A DNA stretch of 64,000 nucleotides from Thalia democratica (taxonomy: Eukaryota), in NCBI GenBank assembly GCA_965202585.1, contig OZ241829.1, positions 16,740,001 through 16,804,000 of the forward strand. Reading direction: 5' to 3'. Shown piece after piece: positions 55,073 through 64,000 of the stretch (the first letter of the stretch is position 1; each line of letters opens with the position of its first letter). Position numbers and translations under genes: made by a program. The notes under the pieces were generated by a model. The model ran no database searches, had not been told where the DNA came from, and saw only the letters and a program-made list of their open reading frames with translations.

Positions 55073-55429
55073 TACTTTGAAAATAACCTTTTTTAATAAA
55101 AGAACCAAGTCATAATCAAGTCATAAATTATGAGTTACTTAAAATTTAATATTCTAAAAGCTATGCAATACTTTATTGAATGTATCCTTGTATCCATATT
55201 AAACTTATACATCTTTATTTCAAAACATAAATATAAAATAATTATAAAATGAAATGCACTTATAATACCTCAAACATATGTAGTTTACGGTTTTACTTAT
55301 TAATTTTTTTTAACTAAAAATGTTTGGATAACTAAAGAAATGCAAAAGTAACAGGATTATGACACAAGACCATGAATAAACTATAAACATACAGTAAAAG
55401 TTTTGTTTTTAAATTTTAAAATGAAATTA

Positions 55430-55670
55430 AAGCGTTAATTTTGCGATTTAAATTTTTTTTTCCATGAAAAATGACCTGCATTCGTCTGTATAAACTTAGC
55501 AATCCTCAAAAATAACAAAAAATTTGAAAAAAATTTAAAATTGAAAGTTTAAAATTGTTTTGAAGCTCCTTTTATAATCAAAGAAAATTAGCGCATGACA
55601 AAATTATACGATAATTTAGTCATGTGCTAAAGAACATCATGACGTTTGTTTTGAAATTTTTCTGCTTATG
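55430..55670. repeat. Diverged ~240-bp repeat shared with 31285-31520
   Basis: 30/31 core match plus colinear flanks, same orientation. Confidence 0.7.
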
Positions 55671-58600
55671 GTTCTGATTTAATCCAGAGTTTCCTATAAA
55701 GTTCTCTATGATAGTTTGATAATTAAAATAAAATCGTTTTTTATTAGGTATAAGCCCTTTACTAGAAAGTTGCCCTATTACTATATTTCCTCCCAACTAC
55801 TCATTGCCCCCTTATAGGCAAAGTCGCTTTAAAGAGGCAGTAATAAGCACTTAGATAGACCCTGGTTTGAACGTTAAAAAAACAGTTTCATTAAACCATT
55901 TTTCCTGAATACGTGCGTGCAATTATCTTTACAGTTGTTAAAATACCTTAATCTAAAAGTTCTACTTTGCAAAAACTAAGTTTTAATTCAACTTTCAAAA
56001 CTGCAACTTATACACTTCTACGAGAAAACATATTAACTTGTGCAACCACGTACCATCTACTATTAAACCGCAAAATTGACCAAATGTGTGCGAAGTAACA
56101 CAAGTTCATTGAACAATACGACAGTATATATAATATATACATATCAGTATATCTATATAATTCAACCAACGAGCAGTAAGAAAGTTTATAAAGCCACGAT
56201 ATTGACCGCGAGTGTGTTGCGGTAAATTTAAATTTGATCACGCGAAGTTGTTTGTGATTAAACTTTGTTTTGTGTTTAACGTTCTTTCAGTGAGATTGAA
56301 ATTAACTTAATGTACTGACTTACGATTTTGTGATTTAAACTTTTGCCGGTTTCAAAATAACTATAACTTTTGATGCTGGCTACATCGCTTGATTTATTAA
56401 AGTAGTTTAACACACAAGGTTATTTACCAGACATATAACTAAACTTTTTAAAGTTACACTTTTACCGCAGTCGCAAATATAACTCACATTGTTATGATAA
56501 ACTGTTCAAAAGTGCTTAATACAATGGCATAGGGGTAAATTGTATAAAACAGAAAAAAGGAATAAGTGTACTGCACACTTTATATTTCTTCTTCTGTTCT
56601 TGAGCTTTTAAATTAACTAGTGTAGTGTAGTAACTACAACAGTTTAAAAGATCTAGGCAGACATTAAAAATTAACTTAAAAAGTTCATTAAAATATGTTA
56701 CTATTATTAAATTTAGCCTAGAGTAAGAAAACAAATTAATATTTTAGAATTAAGAAATATATGTAATGGGTTCAGGTAAAAAAATATATACTAAAGAACA
56801 TCAAAGTAAAGTGTTTTTATGTGTAATGTGCTGATTTTTTTCTCTGCAAGCAGCGCTAGATAGTGGTGAAAACAAACTTAAACTAAATAAGTTAACAAAT
56901 CGCTGAAATTGCAAAATCAACACAAAAACATTCTAGTATATTTAAAAATACTTAATTTAGCAAACATTACAATCATGAATGGTTTAATTGTAAACAAACT
57001 TAACGATAAAACTCTAAACAAAAAAATGTTAACATCTTAAGATTTATCTAAAAAACTATTAAACCGTTTTATACTTTCAATGTGTAAAATATAAACTTTG
57101 AATTTTTACTAAATATTCTAAAATCAAAGCCAATATACTGTTGTAGTTATAAAAACCATAAACAACACTGTACTCAGCAACCGAATATCAAAAAAAATTA
57201 AAACTTACTCGCGCATTATTACAATAGTTTTGAGTAATTTCTAAACAAAAGTTGTTATTGAAGAGTGTTACTTTTGAAAGGTTTTGAAAATTGAAGTGTT
57301 CTTGTTTTTAAAATTTTCTTCTTACTTATAGTTAAAGAACAAAGAACAAACTTCAAAGACTTTTTAATTATCATAAAGGAGAATGTCAACATGAGTATAC
57401 GTTCTTTTTGACTTGTATCTTAAAGTTTATAGATTAAATTTCACCTAGTTTACAAACTTTTTTTATTTTGTTTTTGTTAATTTTAATTTAAGTTGCATTT
57501 CTTTCAAATTGTTATACAATTATACACTATAGAAACATTTTTTGTCTTCAAAATATGCTATTTTGACAAATCAACTAAACTTTTTAATTAAAAAGACTGA
57601 GCTTAATCTGTAAATATTACTTACTTAAAACTGTTATAAAAAATTTTAATTCAATATTTCTTTAATTAATATTTTACTTAAAACTGTGAAAAGTAGTACC
57701 TATTTAATATTTAGGTATTTAAATATGTTGTAAGTAGATTTTAAAATTTTACTTCTGTAGATTTTAATTAGAATTATCTGATCTTTTTACTAACATTTTG
57801 TTGAATTTTTAAAGTGTTTTGAAAAGAAGCTTATCGATTAAAAATGTAAAAACAATAATTTAACAATAGACTAATACTATTAAACTGTAGTCGTTTTTCT
57901 TACAAAATACTAAAAAAAAATCCATATAAGAAATCATGTGTAATTAAATTTTATACAGCTATTAGGTCTTTTTATGCATTTTAAGCTGCAATATTTCAAA
58001 TAAATTATGTAACGTTTCTAAAGCTTGAAAACAACTTATCAAACAATTTCAATTTTAATATTCCGTTTTAATAAGTCTCCTTAAGGAATTTATGCACATT
58101 GTTAAAGTAATTAATTTAATTGCTTGTTAAAGCTATTGTTGCTGAGAAAATACTTGCTTTAATTGCTTTGGGTATTGGTCTTATTATTTTATTTTTATAT
58201 GTTTTATTAAAAAAACTTAATAAAAATATACTTGTTAAACTTTTAAAGTTACACGGTATAACTTATATTTGAAGGAAGAAAACAGAGCTAAAGCTGTTTT
58301 CTATAACAAAGATATAAACAACTTACTTGGTTTTTACATTTGTTTTGCTTTTCTTAAAATCTTGCAGCTGTCTACTTATTAAACTTTAGTAATATACAGA
58401 TGTTTTAAGTTTTATTTGATAGAAAAGTAAAAAATGGCTAAAAATCTATTTGAAAACTCAACAGTTCTGAAAAAACCAAGTTTTCAATTTAATTTGTTCA
58501 ATATTTATCTTTTGTGAAACACTTTTATGTTGTGAAAATATGTAAATGTAAGTTGTAATGAATTGTTGATGAAACTTTAACAGTTTAAATTTTTTCCGTT

Positions 58601-58779
58601 TTGTTTTCAGTTGAGCCGCAGTACATTTGTCATGTACTAGAAATGTCACAATTCTTACATATGAATTGTTTCGTAATATAAAATTTTCATTTACAAATAA
58701 AATATACAGTAAACATACGTATTTAACTTCAGTACAAAATCTTATTATTGTTTACAAAAGAGACAACTGCTAAGAAGTA

Positions 58780-58798
58780 AAATTTAACGCTTGATTGC
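58780..58798 (+). promoter_or_regulatory. Candidate Pax paired-domain (Pax6-type) binding site
   Basis: AAATTTAACGCTTGATTGC(GT); exact reverse complement of 29356-29374. Confidence 0.45.
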
Positions 58799-61387
58799 GT
58801 TCAAGTAAAACAAACTAACTGCATTTAAAAAGCGGTAAAAATTGCACAAGGTTGCAGTATTGTAACTATCTGTTCTACCAGTTTCAAAGGATCGTATTTC
58901 ACTAAAGCTGTAACAGTAGAATTTAAATAGTAGTGATAGAATAAAAGTTTTTGAATTACCTTATAATTTTCGTTCGGTTAACAAAAACTGTTAGTTGTAA
59001 AGATAATAGTAGTTTACGTTATTTTAGTTTAGTTTCTAAATTTTCATTTTGTAAATTTTAAATTAAACTTAAGTATTTAATTAAAACTTTGCTTTTTACG
59101 TAAACCAATTTTCTTGTTTCAAATAATGTTGTTTAGATAAAAATCAGTTGTTAAATTTACAAAACGTCAACATAATTCTAATTAAAGGCAAATACTAAAC
59201 TAAAACATTTTAAATAGTTTTAAAACTGATTTATTATCTTAAATTTTGTAAATAAGTTTCATCAATTTTAAAGTTTTTTTTTATACCTATTTTATGTTTA
59301 AATGCTAACTTTTCGTTTACATTTTTATATTGTATTTTTATTGTTACGACTAAATCATAAATAATTGTTTTCATGTTTATAAAAAAATATGTATTTCATT
59401 AAATACTCTTTAAGTTTGTTTGTTATAAATTTTTACATAAGTTATTTATATAAAAACAACATAAAGCTGTTCTAAAATATTTACTTTTTTTAAAGTAATT
59501 TCGAATTTGTATATATAAAGTGAAAATGTTCTTTTTAATTAAAATTGTTTTTAGTTAATTTTTTTTCGATATGTAAAGAGTTCGACAGTTTATTTACTTT
59601 TAAAACAATTTCTTCGAACTATTTTTGTTTTTTTGATTTCTAAATGACAATGTTTCCATAATCTACTGTTTTATAGATATAAATAGTTAATAAAATGTTT
59701 ACATAAGTTTGCAGCAGAGAACATAAAAAAAAACCTTTTTAACTTGTAATGATTTTTTAATCAAAAATACTTAAATAAGTTCTTAGCATTTACTTTAAAA
59801 TTATAAGTTATATAAAGTATAAAAATTTTTATAAAAATTTTGGTATAATATTTAAGTTTAAATAACTTTTCAGACAAAGGATAAAAAATAACAAGGAGAT
59901 AATCAGTTAGAATTTTAATTCGGTATATCTTTGTTTTTTGTTTAATGTTTTTTGTTATTTGTTTTGTTTCTATTTTGAACATATCAAATTCAAAAATAAA
60001 CAAACTTAAATTGGCTGTTAACAAAGTCCAAAATACCAATTGTATGGACATAAACATCGGTCGTTTACGTCGTTTGAAAACATAGTTTGAATTGAATTTT
60101 AATATATTTTTTTCACAAAACGATACCTATTTGTCTCTTTCGATTATTTTCATTTAAATAACTTAAGGCTGCAATTATATTTTAAATGATGTTTTAATCT
60201 TCAACACAAACACTTAAAATTAAAGTTACATATGTAATTTTAAACTTAAAACCCTAGTAGCGTGTAATTTGTTTAGTAAGAGTAGATTTGAGTAAAACAA
60301 CTGTACATGGTGTTGTTACAAAAACCAAATAAAAACACTTAAGTTTTTCAATTAGTAACACAAAACCAAATCGTTTTTGAATTACTAATTGGAATTTTTT
60401 TTTTTTGAACTGCTTTAAAAAGTTTTTGTTTTAAATAATGTATTCATGTTTAATCATAAAGTTAAATGTTTTAATTACTTAAAATCGAAATATAAAAACA
60501 TCAAATTAAAAATTATATGTATATGCACGACATAAAATAACAATATTAGTAGTTAAAAAATTAAATATTTTTCTTGATGTAAAATAATTTTATGAACGTG
60601 TTTATTAAGATAAAATATTGCATTATCTCAATTTTTGTGAAAATTAAAACAAAAACTACACGGTATGTAAACAACATAGTATAAACTAATTAACAACCTG
60701 ACAAATGTTAATAATTTGTGGAGACTAATATATGTCTAGCCCTAGTTGTTTATTGCCTAAAATAATTTAAATAACTGTGTAAGTATTAAAGGAGTAAACC
60801 TAAAGTTTTAAAAAAAATATTAACAATTATTGTATATTTACTATTTGTATTTCGTTAAATAGAATACAAGTCAGTCTGTAAAAGTATTTAGAAAAAGTTA
60901 GCCATTTGTAAAGAAATTTTAATTTAATGTTAATTCAGAAATAACAGTCATGATTCTTCTTTTGTATGTGTTACTGCTTTTTAATTATACCGTTGTGTTT
61001 CTTTTTAGTATAGCAAGTTGTTTACAGGTAAAATAAGTTAAACACAAAGATTTTAGTATTAAATTAGTTATGACAAGTTTAGATCAATTACTATTAAATT
61101 ACAATCAATTACTATTTAGACTGTTATACTTATAAACAACAAAAACTACTTAATATATTGGACTGTATATTGTATATTGTAAAACTTTTTAGTTTCAAAT
61201 GGCAAGTTAATTATTACAGTTTTTTGTTTAAAATGACTGGTTATTTAGTTTTGTTGAATTAAATTTATTATTATTTTTATTATTTACAAGTACTGCTATT
61301 TTATTTCTATAATTTTTTTTTTTTTCAGGTATTAATTCTTAAGGTAAATGTGACAAATGAAATATGCTCATTAAGCAATATTTTACA

Positions 61388-64000
61388 ATGTTGTTTCAAT
61401 CATACATCATAACAGCTGTTATTATTCTGACCGTTAATTCATCGTTCATTACTGAAGAGCTGCCATTAACCAATACAGATGCAATAAGTAATTTAAATTT
61501 TTATTAGATTTTACAGTTAGAGTTTGTCACAGCAGTAATGATTATATAACAATTTTTTAACCAAAACAAAACTTAGTTAATTAAACTGTTTTTGAAATTT
61601 TTAAGTAAACCTTGGTAAATCTTCTAATTTTTTAATGATGATTCTACATTAATTCTTTTAATTTTTTACAAAAACAAAAGTGTACTTTTTCCAAATTCTT
61701 TTTTTAGATTTACCGACATAATGTTAAGCCTAGTAAATTTAAATGTAAATACTATTTTACAAAATGTACAAATAAAACAAAGATGTTACAAAAGGGTTGT
61801 TTTTGTATAACAAAATTTATAAAAAAGTTTTCTTATTTTGAAGTTAAGTTTTTTACAAAATATTTAAAAATCTAAATTTTGAAAACAGCGTGTATATAAA
61901 AAAGGCATAGAAAAGTATGTAAGTAATAATTAGAACTTCATTTAAAAGAGATTATTTAGCACCTGGATAGCACGTGCAATATTCAGAATAACATATAACA
62001 ACTTATTCGTAAGTATTCAAGCGTTACTTTGTGTACAATTTTGAAGCAGGTGTTTGTTTGTTAAATAAGCTAGACTATTTTTTAGTAATTACTATAGTGG
62101 CATATAACATAACACACTATTCTGAGAACTGTATTATCAAAACGAAAGTTAAGTCAACTAACAAAAAAAACCTTCAACCTAAAACAATTTTTAAATGATA
62201 AAATTAAGCTTTTAATAACTCTATAAATTTGTTTTTAATATAAATATGTGTTTTAATTCTTTAAAATACATACTAACAGCTTCTGAGAGATACTCTGTTT
62301 TCATTGGTTCAAACTCAAGTGAACCCTCAATTCATCAGCTGTTTGATTTGCATGGATTGATAGAAATAAATAACTACTTATTTGTACATGCAAGGTAAAC
62401 ACTATAGATTTGTAAATGTAAAATATGCAATAAAAAATAATAGTTTTTTAACTTTAAACTAACTTTTTTAGTTTATAATTTTTTGTAACTATAGTTTATA
62501 AAATCATGCTGGATGAAAAAAGCTTAAAAACTATTTTTAGTGTTAATTAATTGAATGTAGAACTAAATACAAATTGTTTTTTTCTGTTTCTAACTGAAAT
62601 AAGTTTTATAGAAACGGAATATTTAAGATAGACATACCGAAATCAGTTATTGGAAAAAGTAGCAATAAAAAATTATATTATACACAAGTAAGTTAAAGTA
62701 TAAGGTTTTATATAGTATTACAAATATATTCTAAACAGTAAAAAGAATTAATAGTCAAACTTAACAGGCAATTAAGCATGTATAAAGCTATTTTAAGTTA
62801 ACCTTTAAGTATCTTTATTATGTTTAATAATCTGATTGCTATAAAACGAGTATTGTTTAGTTCATAAAAATTATTTAGTTGTTGTAAACAATACTAATAA
62901 TGCTAGGTAAGAAATTAAACACCATGCTATAATAACTTGGTTACCTACTTAGCATGCGTTGTGTGAAAACTACTTATTTATTTCTCAGAAACTTAAGCTT
63001 AGTACTGATCAACAATCATTCAACGATTGCATTGAAAAACACAAAAGTTCAATAGAAGAAGGCAGCATGAGAGAAAGTGATTGCCTCAATCACGTGACTA
63101 CTATGGCCCAATTAAATCATGAGAATGATAACAAACCGACCAATAAGATGATAGCATGTTCCTCGCACGCCGCTAAACCGAAAATACTGTCTTTTGAGGT
63201 TTAATTTTTGTTCTTTTGTTACAAATAACTTAAAAGTTTAATTTTAACCTAATTTAAAAACATCTATAAAAAAAATTACTTATATCTTTAAACATGTTAT
63301 GTATAAAAGTATTTTCAATAACAACTTTTTTAAACTACTTTTGTGGTTTTTTGATTAATGATTGAAAAATAGGATAATTATTAATTTTAACTTTTTTGTG
63401 TTTATATCAGTAACAAATAGAAATTTACACAGTTAAGTGAAAACGGTCTTCTAAAACAACTACATGAAAAATCGCTGAATAAATACAATGACAGAAATTA
63501 CAAGCTTTGTTCTGCTTTTCCCAGTGATAAAATGGTATCTTTATCATCATGTATGTTTTTATTTTGTTTATTTTTATTATAATTTTCATATTATTTCTAA
63601 CTGTAAAGATATTTATTATTTAGACGGTGCAATCTATAATGGATTTACGTACAAGCACAAAAGATCTCAAATGATAAAAATTAATACTAACGACCCTGAA
63701 AGAAACTTGAAAACTTATGCAAAAGACACAACAAAAGACCACACAAGAAGTAATTATAATTACTTTATTGAAAATTCAACTTTTGCTCTCACTTTTCTAT
63801 TTTTATCACTATAAATGTAGTTGTAGCTAAAAACAGTTGAGATGATTTTTGATACTAAACTTATAAAGTAACATTTAAATTCTTAAACTATCTATTTTAA
63901 AACATTAAACAACTTTTTTTAAACCAGATCGAGCGAAGTTCATACGAATAGTTGAAGGAACAAAAGAAAGCGGAAAAATATTTACATTCTTCAATGAACC
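61388..64000 (+). CDS. Sema6: Tandem paralogous semaphorin (class-6-like), 5' part; truncated by window end
   Basis: Exons 61388-61487, 62280-62394, 62612-62687, 62989-63198, 63433-63550, 63624-63749 and 63928->64000. Internal exon lengths are 115/76/210/118/126 and phases match the first gene. Signal peptide MLFQSYIITAVIILTVNSS, then FITEELPLTNTDAITSERYSVFIG...GTKESGKIFTFFNEP. Confidence 0.9.

Noticed and set aside
55780-55920. GC-enriched island resembling a SINE 3' end
   Set aside because: Single occurrence in the window, no Pol III A/B boxes or tail recognised.
4008-60057. Remaining 60-98 aa track ORFs in intergenic AT-rich DNA (e.g. 4008, 4461, 8187, 30276, 50193, 56008, 56516, 58458, 59761)
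   Set aside because: K/F/I/L/N/Y-biased, often non-ATG starts, lengths expected by chance, no splice chains.

Overview
This is a very AT-rich eukaryotic (metazoan) window with GT-AG spliceosomal introns; a tunicate-like invertebrate origin is my guess, not demonstrated. I reconstructed genes by hand from splice sites and reading phase. (1) A complete 5-coding-exon gene (653-3452, +) encodes a 112-aa stand-alone, highly divergent forkhead-like winged-helix protein. (2) There is a processed kelch-repeat pseudogene (~5153-5590, -). (3) An unidentified 650-nt minus-strand exon-like frame is interrupted by one TGA (17759-18408). (4) A 19-exon class-6-like transmembrane semaphorin (33556-45490, +; ~1070 aa) carries an apparent 1-nt frameshift in coding exon 5. 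(5) The first 7 coding exons of a tandem paralogous semaphorin (61388-64000, +) are truncated by the window edge. Mobile DNA comprises three copies of a TA-flanked Tc1/mariner-pogo-type MITE (one interrupted by a foldback-type element with modular 20-bp arrays) and hAT-type MITEs with 8-bp TSDs. The most notable non-annotated signals are three minimal type-I hammerhead ribozyme motifs tied to the semaphorin transcript. One lies on the sense strand inside an intron. The other two form a near-perfect inverted pair just downstream of the stop codon, where the sense copy would cut 8 nt before the first canonical AATAAA and the antisense copy could block it. A near-consensus Pax6-type site and other short motifs are shared upstream of both semaphorin paralogs. 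Most ORFs in the supplied track are repeat artefacts, antisense shadows or single exons of these genes.
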